Below, piece after piece: positions 1 to 7,963 of a DNA stretch of 25,824 nucleotides; position 1 is the stretch's first letter; the number at the start of each line of letters is the position of its first letter. The stretch comes from an uncultured Janthinobacterium sp. (GTDB taxonomy: Bacteria; Vulcanimicrobiota; Vulcanimicrobiia; Vulcanimicrobiales; Vulcanimicrobiaceae), in the NCBI GenBank assembly GCA_964658025.1, contig CAZZXB010000029.1:1-25824 (forward strand), written 5' to 3'. The position numbers and the translations under genes were made by a program. A model generated the notes under the pieces. That model was given only the letters and a program-made list of their open reading frames with translations. It did not search any database and was not told the origin of the DNA.

Positions 1-1087
1 CCATCGCGATGCGCTCGCCGACCGAGACGTCGCGGCCCCAGCGGTAGGCGCTGTAGGGCGTGTAGCGCGTGCCGGGCGAGCCCGGAATCCGCAACGACAC
101 GTCGTAGACGACGAAATCCTTGGGCGGTCCGGCCGTGACGATGCACTGCAGCGCGAACGGTCCGATGACGCCCGGCGGATTCGCGAGCGCGGCGCTCGCG
201 ACGAAGGCCTCGCCGAGCGCGAACGCTTTTTCGAGCATCGACTCCGTGAGCGTCGTCGCGATGTGCCCCGCCTCTTCCATCCGCACGGGGATGCCCGCCG
301 CCGCGCCGAGTTGCGCGGGCGGTAACGAACGCAAGCCGTCGAGGTTCGTCTGCCGCCGCGTATCGGTTCCGAGTAATTCGAGCTCGCCGAGCATCGGCGA
401 CCAAAAGAAATTGAGATTGACGCTCGGACCGAGCGCGTATTCCTCGATCCGCGCGGTCGCGAGGCCCTCGCGCGTGACCATGCCCTCGGCGACGAGCCGA
501 CCGGCCTGCGCTTCGTACTCGCCCGGCGACGAACAGAGAAAGAAGGCGCGCTCGAAACCGACCGTCGCGTGCGGCGCCTTCACCATCACGAGCGTGTCGA
601 TCTCGGCGGGCGACGCGAACGAGCGCGGATGCCGGATCCCCGCGCGCGCGAGCAACGCGTATTGATTTTCGGGTTCGTCGCGTTCCTCGGCGCGGAGCAA
701 GCGACGGTTCCCGAAGAACGGGACCTTCATCCCGCGTTCGATCTCGTCGTACGAATAACGCTCGTGGAGGTAGACTTCGAACGAACGGTTCGCGACGAAC
801 AGGGCGTTCGCCGCGAGCAGACGCTCCTGGACCGCGGGATCGAGGATATCGGCGAAGTGCGCGAGCTCGAGCGTCTCGTCGACGCACCCGCGCGGCGGTC
901 CGTCCGCGCGCGCGAAATGACGCGCGTACGTTTTCTCGCGGCCCTTCGCCGTGACGACGAGATTGCGCAAGCCCTGCGCGCGCGCGCCGAACGCGACGTC
1001 GAGCGCCGAATGGCTCCCGACCGAGCAGAGCGCGAGCGCGCGTCGATCGTACCGCGCGAGCGCGGCCTCGACGATCGGATCGATCAA
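1..1087 (-). CDS. PurP-like ATP-grasp protein (second, divergent paralog of FAICAR synthetase); runs off the left edge near its C-terminus
   Basis: Not in the ORF track because it is open at the edge. Manual translation from TTG at 1087 gives MIDPIVEAALARYDRRALALCSVGSHSALDVAFGARAQGLRNLVVTAKGREKTYARHF..., and the end reads ...YDVSLRIPGSPGTRYTPYSAYRWGRDVSVGERIAM. The GSHSAL and G-x-R-I-A motifs are shared with the purP at 2191-3258. Confidence 0.88.
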   Translation of the reverse strand, partial: MIDPIVEAALARYDRRALALCSVGSHSALDVAFGARAQGLRNLVVTAKGREKTYARHFARADGPPRGCVDETLELAHFADILDPAVQERLLAANALFVANRSFEVYLHERYSYDEIERGMKVPFFGNRRLLRAEERDEPENQYALLARAGIRHPRSFASPAEIDTLVMVKAPHATVGFERAFFLCSSPGEYEAQAGRLVAEGMVTREGLATARIEEYALGPSVNLNFFWSPMLGELELLGTDTRRQTNLDGLRSLPPAQLGAAAGIPVRMEEAGHIATTLTESMLEKAFALGEAFVASAALANPPGVIGPFALQCIVTAGPPKDFVVYDVSLRIPGSPGTRYTPYSAYRWGRDVSVGERIAM

Positions 1088-1094
1088 CGCGGCG

Positions 1095-2210
1095 TTACGA
1101 CGAGAGTTGCATCGCCTGCTTCGTCGTCGGATATTCGACGACGAGCAGCGAGCGGATGCGGCGCGAGGCGGCCTTCGCGTTGTCGGTATCGACGCGCACG
1201 AGCAGTTTGTAGGTGGAGAGCAACGCCGCCGGGAGCGTGGAATCGCGCGGGTACTGCTTCTGCCAGTCCTCGACCGCGGAGTCGACCTGCAAGGCGTCCG
1301 GCTCCATCCGGTAGCCCCAGCCGACGTCGAGATATTTGTTCACGCGGGCGAGTTCGTTCGTCACGCCGATCGGCGAGTATTTGAGATTCCCGAAATATTC
1401 GTCGGCGGGCGCCGTCCGCGTCATCTTGAGATCGTGCGGGCTCGAGCTCACGCGCGCGATCACTTGCAGTTCGGGCGTGTGCGCCTTGCGATAGGCGATC
1501 GCGCGCGCCGCGACCCGATCGTCCTCGGTGAAACCGGGATCGACGACCGCGCTCGCGGCGAGCGCGAAGAACTCGCCGTATTCGGGATCGGGCAGGCGTT
1601 GCAACGGCGTGAGCGGATCGGCGCCGTGTTGCAACGCGAGCGAACGGTAGCGCACGTCCTTCGTCAGGTTGTACGCGCGCACGTCGGCGACGACGAGCGC
1701 CGCGCGCGCGTCGTCGTCGGTGCCGAAGGCCTGGACGTTCGCGACGGCGTCGCTCTCGGCCTGACTCGCGAGCACCTTCGGATCGGCTTGCGCCGCGTCG
1801 AGCCGCGCGAGCAGGGCGCGCCCCGCGCTCCGGTGCGCGTCGTCGCCCTTCGCGATCGCCACGTTCGCCGCTTCGATCACGTACCAGAGCGAGGCGTCGT
1901 TATTCGTGAGCGGATCGTAGTGGAACCCCGTCGCGACGTCGACCGCGAGCAGCGCGACCGCGACGTAGTTCGGATCGTCGGCGCGGAAGAGCGCGTACGA
2001 TCGCCCGGCGTCGAACACGGTCGCTTGGTAGTACGCCTGACTCGAATACCGCCAGCCCTTGCTCGCGCCTTCGTCGTAGGCTTTCCGCATCGTCGCGTAG
2101 AGCGCCGCGGGATCGGTCTCGATGGCCGCGGGCGACGGGACGCGCGTCGCGGCGACCGCGACCAGGAGCGCGCACGCGGCGGCGAGGCGCTTACGGCAAG
2201 CCCGAATCAT
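1095..2210 (-). CDS. Secreted, predicted alpha-helical hypothetical protein
   Basis: ORF 1095..2246; the likelier start is ATG 2210 (MIRACRKRLAAACALLVAVAA..., basic n-region plus hydrophobic h-region), overlapping the purP stop. Ala-rich helical composition; C-terminal APADEYFG...DWQKQYPRD...YPTT segment. Confidence 0.75.
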   Translation of the reverse strand: MIRACRKRLAAACALLVAVAATRVPSPAAIETDPAALYATMRKAYDEGASKGWRYSSQAYYQATVFDAGRSYALFRADDPNYVAVALLAVDVATGFHYDPLTNNDASLWYVIEAANVAIAKGDDAHRSAGRALLARLDAAQADPKVLASQAESDAVANVQAFGTDDDARAALVVADVRAYNLTKDVRYRSLALQHGADPLTPLQRLPDPEYGEFFALAASAVVDPGFTEDDRVAARAIAYRKAHTPELQVIARVSSSPHDLKMTRTAPADEYFGNLKYSPIGVTNELARVNKYLDVGWGYRMEPDALQVDSAVEDWQKQYPRDSTLPAALLSTYKLLVRVDTDNAKAASRRIRSLLVVEYPTTKQAMQLSS

Positions 2211-3258
2211 CGAGGACCGACGGGAGGTTGTTGGAGAGGAGGGCATTCTTGATCTCTCGCGCGATGCGTCGCCCCGTCGACATCGGTTCCGAGTAGTTGA
2301 GGTACGAATAGGGCGATCCGTCGATGAACGGATTCGTACCGGCGACGATCCGCGCGGAGATCTCCATGATCGAGAACTTCGCTTCGGGCGTGATGATCGT
2401 CTCGATACAAAACGCGCCGAAGAGTCCCTTCGGCCCGCAGATCTCCTGACTCACGCGCACGACGTCCTCCCCCATCCGATACGCCTCGGCGAGCATCGAT
2501 TCGCGCAGGACGAGCGGGGAGTTTCCGACGACGACGTAGCTCGGCTCGATGTTCATGTTCTCTTGCGCGGCGGCGGGAATCCGTCCGAGCGAGTCGACGT
2601 TCGTCTCGTAGCGGCGATCCATGCTCATGATCTCGAGCTTGCCCGTCAGGGGCGAGTAGAAATAATGGATGTAGGCCGGCACGCCGATGACGTATTCTTG
2701 CAAGATGTAGTTCTGCCGCGCGAGTTGCTCCGCGCGCTGTTCGAAATCGCTCGCGTTGCGCAAGAAGAGATAGCCCTTGCCGCCCTGCGCGCCGTAGAGC
2801 TTGACGATGACGGGTCGATCGATCTCGGCGCCCGTGCGGAACTGGCGCGGCACGGTGAGGCCCGCGCGGACGAGCCACTCGCGTTGCAACTCGCGACTCG
2901 CTTCCCAGTCGAGCACGGCCTTGTTGCCGAAGTACGGAATGCGCATCTGCTTGTGATCGTCGAGCGAGAGATAGGCGACGAACGAACCGTGCGGGACGAT
3001 GACGATCTTGCGCTTCTCGAGTTCCGGGACGAGGTTCATGAACTCGCCGTAGTGATCGATCCCGATCACCTCGTCGACGAACGCGTACGCGCGGTAGAGC
3101 CGTTCGGTCTCGCGATTCGCGATCGCGAGCGTGCGAAACCCTTCGTCGTGCGCGCCCTTGAGGATCTGGAGCGCCGAGTGCGAACCGAGCGTCGCGATCG
3201 TGTAGAAATCGTTCGACGATGCTTGCGCGGGCGTGCGGAGGAGTTCGGGTGCGATCAT
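2191..3258 (-). CDS. purP: Formate-dependent FAICAR synthetase (5-formaminoimidazole-4-carboxamide ribonucleotide synthetase), PurP family
   Basis: Motifs IATLGSHSALQILKGA, VPHGSFVAY, GGKGY, DRRYETNVD, YVVVGN, EISARIVAGTN and MSTGRRIAREIK are characteristic of archaeal PurP. ATG 3258 overlaps the purS stop (ATGA). Confidence 0.92.
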   Translation of the reverse strand: MIAPELLRTPAQASSNDFYTIATLGSHSALQILKGAHDEGFRTLAIANRETERLYRAYAFVDEVIGIDHYGEFMNLVPELEKRKIVIVPHGSFVAYLSLDDHKQMRIPYFGNKAVLDWEASRELQREWLVRAGLTVPRQFRTGAEIDRPVIVKLYGAQGGKGYLFLRNASDFEQRAEQLARQNYILQEYVIGVPAYIHYFYSPLTGKLEIMSMDRRYETNVDSLGRIPAAAQENMNIEPSYVVVGNSPLVLRESMLAEAYRMGEDVVRVSQEICGPKGLFGAFCIETIITPEAKFSIMEISARIVAGTNPFIDGSPYSYLNYSEPMSTGRRIAREIKNALLSNNLPSVLDDSGLP

Positions 3259-3710
3259 GCCGTCGTCGCTTTCTGGAACGCGGGGTTGCAGAGCAGGTGC
3301 TCGGATGCGGCGCGGACGCGTTCGGAATCGGCGGCTTCGCCGTCGGCCCCGCGCATCCGCCACGAGACGAAACGCGCGACGTGCGTCACGCCCGCGAGAA
3401 TCCGGCCCGCGGCGCGCGGCGCGGCGCTCGGCGCGCTCGCGGTGTCCTCCGCGACCCAGAGTTCGCCCGTTTCCGGACGCTCGCCCGTCCTGACGCGGAG
3501 CGCGTGCTTGCTCGGATTGAAGATCGTCTCGAGACCCCGGACGTCCGTCTCGAGCGCGCCCGCGCGATCGGCGTCGACGTCGAACCGATAGACGTCGGCG
3601 CGCTCGAGGGCGCCGAGTTCGACGCCGAGTCGACGGAGCACGGCGAGCGCCGTGCGCGCCTCGTTGTCGGGGATCGTCAGCGAGATTTCGAAATACCGCG
3701 AGACCGTCAC
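3255..3710 (-). CDS. purS: Double-length (tandem-domain) PurS subunit of FGAM synthetase
   Basis: GTG 3710 overlaps the purQ stop; 151 aa. Two PurS-like halves: IPDNEARTALAVLRRLG...IFNP and GVTHVARFVSW...EHLLCNPAFQ (compare the PurS LLANP motif). Directly downstream of purL-purQ. Confidence 0.75.
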   Translation of the reverse strand: MTVSRYFEISLTIPDNEARTALAVLRRLGVELGALERADVYRFDVDADRAGALETDVRGLETIFNPSKHALRVRTGERPETGELWVAEDTASAPSAAPRAAGRILAGVTHVARFVSWRMRGADGEAADSERVRAASEHLLCNPAFQKATTA

Positions 3711-4498
3711 GCGCGCACCGCCTTCGCGAGACCCGCGAAGAGCGCGATGCCGCCCGAACTCGCGAGCATGGCGCGGGCGTCGCCGCGGGCGCGTTCGCGT
3801 AGGTCGCCCGCATCCATGTACGTCCAGGCCGCGCGCTCGGGATGGGGCATGATCGCGAGCACGTTGCCGCGCTCGTTCACGAGCGCGGCCGCGCCAAGCG
3901 CGGAGCCGTTGGGAATCGCGGCCTCGGTCGCGGTTCCGTGCGCGTCGCAATAGACGAAGGCCACCCGCCCGTCCTCCTTCAGCCGCGCGAGGATCGCGTC
4001 CGTCGCCGCGAGTCGGCCCTCGCCGTGCGAGGCCCAGGCGGGCAGGACCGCGCCGCGCTCGAGGTGCGCCGTGAGCGCGCAGCGCGCGGGTTCGATCGCG
4101 AGCCGGACGTACACGTGCGTGGAACGATAGGTGCCGCCCGGGGCGTTGCGGGCGAAGGCCGCCTCGGGTCGCGTCGCCCGATCGCCGAAGGCGGGGACGA
4201 GCCCGCTTTCCAAGAGGATCTGCGCGCCGTTACAGATGCCGAGCACGGGCTTGCCCGCGGCCGCGCCGTCGCGGACCGCCGCCATCATCGGATCGCGCGC
4301 GGCGATGGCGCCCGCGCGGACGCGATCTTCGTAGGCGAAGCCGCCCGGCAGGACGTACGCCGCCGCATCGTCGAGTCGCGAGCGCGGCGCCGTCCACGGC
4401 ACGAGATCGACGTCGAGTCCGACGGCGCGGCACGCGCGCGCCGTCTCTTCTTCCGAATTCGTGCCGGGAAAGATCAGGACGGCGACGCGCGCGCTCAC
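3707..4498 (-). CDS. purQ: FGAM synthetase glutaminase subunit PurQ
   Basis: C-terminal part of ORF 3707..6724: VAVLIFPGTNSE, LPGGFAYED, LGICNGAQIL (catalytic Cys), SHGEG, MPHPER (His-Glu). GTG 4498 overlaps the purL stop. Confidence 0.95.
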   Translation of the reverse strand: MSARVAVLIFPGTNSEEETARACRAVGLDVDLVPWTAPRSRLDDAAAYVLPGGFAYEDRVRAGAIAARDPMMAAVRDGAAAGKPVLGICNGAQILLESGLVPAFGDRATRPEAAFARNAPGGTYRSTHVYVRLAIEPARCALTAHLERGAVLPAWASHGEGRLAATDAILARLKEDGRVAFVYCDAHGTATEAAIPNGSALGAAALVNERGNVLAIMPHPERAAWTYMDAGDLRERARGDARAMLASSGGIALFAGLAKAVRA

Positions 4499-6774
4499 GC
4501 GTAGAAATCCCGTAGCGGCGCGCTCCACACCTCGTGCAGGTCGCGGATCGAAACGTGGAGTCCGCGCGGATCGCGGAGCACGGGATCGCCCGTGACCGCG
4601 CCGATCCGTCGCACGCGCGCACCGCGCTCGGCGCAGATCGTCTCGAAGCGCGCGCCGTCGCGCGCCTCCACGACGAACGCGCCGGATTCCGCGAAGGCGC
4701 CGCGCGCGTCGAAGCGTTCGTCGAGCGCGACGCCGCGCGCGCAATCGCTCGCGAACGCCATCTCCGCGAGCGCGACGAACGTGCCGCCGTCGGAGACGTC
4801 GTGCGCCGCGTCGACGACGCCCGCATCGATCGCCGCGGCGAGCGCCGCGAGTTCCGCGCGGAGCGCGTCGTAATCGATCGTGGGGAGCGGTTCGGCCGCG
4901 AAGACGAGCACGTCCGCGAGCGCGCTTCCGCCGAGCTGGCCCGGCGGCGCGCCTAGCAGGTACACGTGCGAGCCGACGCGTTTGAAGCCCGTCGTCACGC
5001 TTTGCGACACGTCCGCGAGCGTGCCGACGCACGCCACGATCGGCGAAGCCGGAATCGCGCGTCCCGCGGCCGACTGGTTGTAGAGGCTCACGTTTCCCGA
5101 AACGAACGGGACGGCGAGCTCGCGCGCGGCGCGGGCGATGCCGTCGACGCCCGCGACGAGTTCGCCGAATTGCTTCGGTACCTGCGGATTTCCGTAATTG
5201 AGGCAATCGGTCAGGCCCGCGGGGGTCGCGCCGACCGCCGCGACGTTGCGCACGGATTCGACGACCGCGAACTCCGCCGCGCGCTCGGGATCGACGAGGG
5301 CGTACCGCGGATTCCCGTCGACGGCGAGCGCGCACGCGAGCGGCGCGCCCGGGATCGGCACGATGAGTCCGGCGTCGGCGTACCCGCACGGAATCGACGT
5401 CGCGCCGCGGACGACCGAATCGTACCGCTCGTAGATCGGGCGGCGCGAGCAGACGTCTCGGTGCGCGAGCACGGCGCGCAACGTCTCGGCGAGATCGGCT
5501 TCGAGCGACGCGAAAGGGTGCGGCGGCGCGCTCGCGCGCAACGGTTGCGGGACCGCGATCTCGCGCTCGTAGCGGATATCGCCCGTGAGAAAATCGAGCG
5601 CGACGTCCATCACGATCTCGCCGCCCGCTTCGAGCACGTAGCGCCGTTCGCGCGTGACGGTGCCGATCCGCGCGGCGCACGCGCCTTCGGCGACGAGCGG
5701 GAGCGAGAACTCTTCGTTGTACACGGCGAGGAGCGTCGCCGTGAACTCCGGCGGCACGACCCACGCGAGGCGTTCCTGCGTCTCGCCGACCGCGACGACG
5801 GCCGGCGGCAGGTTCGGTTGCGACGTGGGACAGCGATCGAGATCGACGCGCGCGCCGAAGCCGCCGCTTCCGACGAGTTCCGCCGTGCAGCCCATGATGC
5901 CGCCGGCGCCGAGATCCTTGAACCCGACGACGAGCCCGCGCTCGCGGAGCACGTCGAAAACGCGATACGACGCGCGCATGACGACGTTTTTGAGAAACGG
6001 ATCCGGAACTTGTACGGCGCCTTTGTTCTGTTCCGTGTCGCGATCGTCGAGCACGAGCGACGAGAACGCCGCGCCGCCGAAGCCGCTCCGATCGGTCGCC
6101 TTCCCGACGAGCACGATATCCCATCCGTCGGCGTCGGGCGGCGCGGCGGAATGGATGATGTCGGGTTCGGCGACGACGCCGAGCGCCACGACGTTGACGA
6201 GACAGTTGTCGCGAAAGCCTTCGTGAAAGTAGACGTCGCCCGCGATGTTCGGCACGCCGAGCGCGTTGCCGTACGCGGCGATGCCGTCGACGACGCCCTG
6301 CGCGACGTAGCGACTGTGCGGATCGTCGCGCGGTCCCAAGCGCAGGGGATCGGCGATCGCGATCACGCGCGCGCCCATGCAGAGCACGTCGCGGACGATC
6401 CCGCCGACGCCCGTCGCCGCGCCCTCGAACGGCACGACCTGCGAGGGATGGTTGTGCGACTCGTGCGCGATGACGATGCCGTAGCGCACGCCGTCCCACG
6501 ATCCGAGATGGACGATGCCCGCATCTTCTTGCGGACCCTGCATCACGGTCGGTCCCGTCGTCGGGAGCCGCTTCAGTAACCAGCGCGAACTCTTGTAAGA
6601 ACAGTGCTCGCTCCACTGCGCCGCGAACGCGTGCAGTTCGACCGCGGTCGGTTCGCGCTCGAGCGTCCGCGCGATCCGGCGGAGTTCGTGCGGTTCGAGC
6701 GCGACGCCGCGCTCGCGTAACCACGTCGCGAGCCGCGCGTCGTCCATCTCGAGCAACTCCGGCGCCGTCTTCAC
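4495..6774 (-). CDS. purL: FGAM synthetase small-type PurL subunit
   Basis: 759 aa with WSEHCSYKSS, ESHNHPS, GAATGVGGIVRD, DLGAGG, ETQER, DCLNYGNP, SGNVSLYN and HDVSDGG motifs. Confidence 0.97.
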   Translation of the reverse strand: MKTAPELLEMDDARLATWLRERGVALEPHELRRIARTLEREPTAVELHAFAAQWSEHCSYKSSRWLLKRLPTTGPTVMQGPQEDAGIVHLGSWDGVRYGIVIAHESHNHPSQVVPFEGAATGVGGIVRDVLCMGARVIAIADPLRLGPRDDPHSRYVAQGVVDGIAAYGNALGVPNIAGDVYFHEGFRDNCLVNVVALGVVAEPDIIHSAAPPDADGWDIVLVGKATDRSGFGGAAFSSLVLDDRDTEQNKGAVQVPDPFLKNVVMRASYRVFDVLRERGLVVGFKDLGAGGIMGCTAELVGSGGFGARVDLDRCPTSQPNLPPAVVAVGETQERLAWVVPPEFTATLLAVYNEEFSLPLVAEGACAARIGTVTRERRYVLEAGGEIVMDVALDFLTGDIRYEREIAVPQPLRASAPPHPFASLEADLAETLRAVLAHRDVCSRRPIYERYDSVVRGATSIPCGYADAGLIVPIPGAPLACALAVDGNPRYALVDPERAAEFAVVESVRNVAAVGATPAGLTDCLNYGNPQVPKQFGELVAGVDGIARAARELAVPFVSGNVSLYNQSAAGRAIPASPIVACVGTLADVSQSVTTGFKRVGSHVYLLGAPPGQLGGSALADVLVFAAEPLPTIDYDALRAELAALAAAIDAGVVDAAHDVSDGGTFVALAEMAFASDCARGVALDERFDARGAFAESGAFVVEARDGARFETICAERGARVRRIGAVTGDPVLRDPRGLHVSIRDLHEVWSAPLRDFYA

Positions 6775-6781
6775 GCTCCGG

Positions 6782-7963
6782 TCACGCCTGCGCGGGTACC
6801 GGGGCGTTGATCTGGGCGTCCGCCTGGATGACGGCCGAACGCGCGTTGGCCTGCACGAGCATCACGCGTCCGAACATCACCGAATCGTCGAGCGAGAACG
6901 TCTTCGCGACGACGAGCGCGAGCTCGCTCGCGTCGTATTCGGTCGCGTCGAAGACCGGCGTCGGCGTCGCCGCCGCGAGCATCGCCGCGAGATGCGGACC
7001 CGACGCGACGTAGACGATCCGCGAGAAGCTCGCGTCGAGTTGCTGGACCGCTTGGAGCACGAACCCCGGGAGCAGATGCGTCGAGACGACGCGCCGGAGC
7101 GCTTGCAGGCCGAACGTCGCGAGCGCGCGCGCCGGTTCTTCGAGGATACCGAGGCTCTCGCTCCCGTCGGCGACGAGCGCGACCATCCCCGGCCGGAGCG
7201 TCGGGAAGCCGCCGACGAATTCGGCGACCGTCTCGTAGTTGTCGCGCACGCGCTCGAGATCTTCGGTCGTCACCGTTTCGAGATTGCGGTACGCCTGTTT
7301 GTCGAGCATGAGATCTTCGCGACCCTGCGGCCAGATGCGCCACGAGTCGTTATCGATCACGTCGGCGATCACGAGCGAGCCGCGCCCTTCGCCGCTCTGG
7401 ATCCGACCGAACTCGAGCTTGAGATCGACGAGCAGCGTCTCGCGCTTGCGCCACGCGTGCGCGAGGATCTCGAAGGCGATGCGCGCGATCTCGCCCATCG
7501 CGCCGATCTCTTGCGGCGTCGCGATCCCGCGACCGACGATCTCTTCGGGCTCGATGAGCGGATCGTGATTCGCGTCGTCCTTGAAGAAGTATTCGACGAG
7601 CCGTGGGACGAGGATCGAGCCGCGTTGCACGCCCGGTTTGCGTTTCACGAACGAACCCGCGGCGACGCCGCGCACGACGACCTCGAGCGGGATCATCGTG
7701 CAACGACGGACGAGCATCTCGTTGTCGTCGTCGTCTTCGCCGCCGGAGAGATAGTGCGTCGGCAAGCCGCAGAGATTGAGCAGACGGAAGACGCGCGCCG
7801 TCGTCTTCGCCGCGATCCGGCCCTTGCCCGCGATCTCGTCGCGGCGCGCGCCGTCGCCCGCCGTGATGTCGTCGAGCGCTTGCACGATCAGCACGTCGGC
7901 TTGACCCGGCTTCTCGTACAGCACCTTCGTCTTGCCGCGCGTGACCTCGAGCCCTTTGTTCAC
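6782..7963 (-). CDS. purC: SAICAR synthetase (PurC) fused to a C-terminal degenerate PurE-like domain; PAICS-like architecture
   Basis: GTG 7963 overlaps the purB stop, with GGAGG upstream; 393 aa. Motifs GKTK, DDITAGDG, FFKDDANHDP, LVDLKLEFG, ADVIDNDSWRIWP and DKQAYR, followed by about 135 aa with PurE-like alpha/beta spacing. Confidence 0.9.
   Translation of the reverse strand: MNKGLEVTRGKTKVLYEKPGQADVLIVQALDDITAGDGARRDEIAGKGRIAAKTTARVFRLLNLCGLPTHYLSGGEDDDDNEMLVRRCTMIPLEVVVRGVAAGSFVKRKPGVQRGSILVPRLVEYFFKDDANHDPLIEPEEIVGRGIATPQEIGAMGEIARIAFEILAHAWRKRETLLVDLKLEFGRIQSGEGRGSLVIADVIDNDSWRIWPQGREDLMLDKQAYRNLETVTTEDLERVRDNYETVAEFVGGFPTLRPGMVALVADGSESLGILEEPARALATFGLQALRRVVSTHLLPGFVLQAVQQLDASFSRIVYVASGPHLAAMLAAATPTPVFDATEYDASELALVVAKTFSLDDSVMFGRVMLVQANARSAVIQADAQINAPVPAQA

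Noticed and set aside
3707..6724. 1005-aa ORF suggesting a giant PurQ fusion
   Set aside because: Only the last 263 aa are PurQ; the rest is an off-frame reading of purL. The same applies to the apparent N-terminal extensions of purP, purC, ribBA (beyond 20398) and the dehydrogenase ORF 20464..22470.
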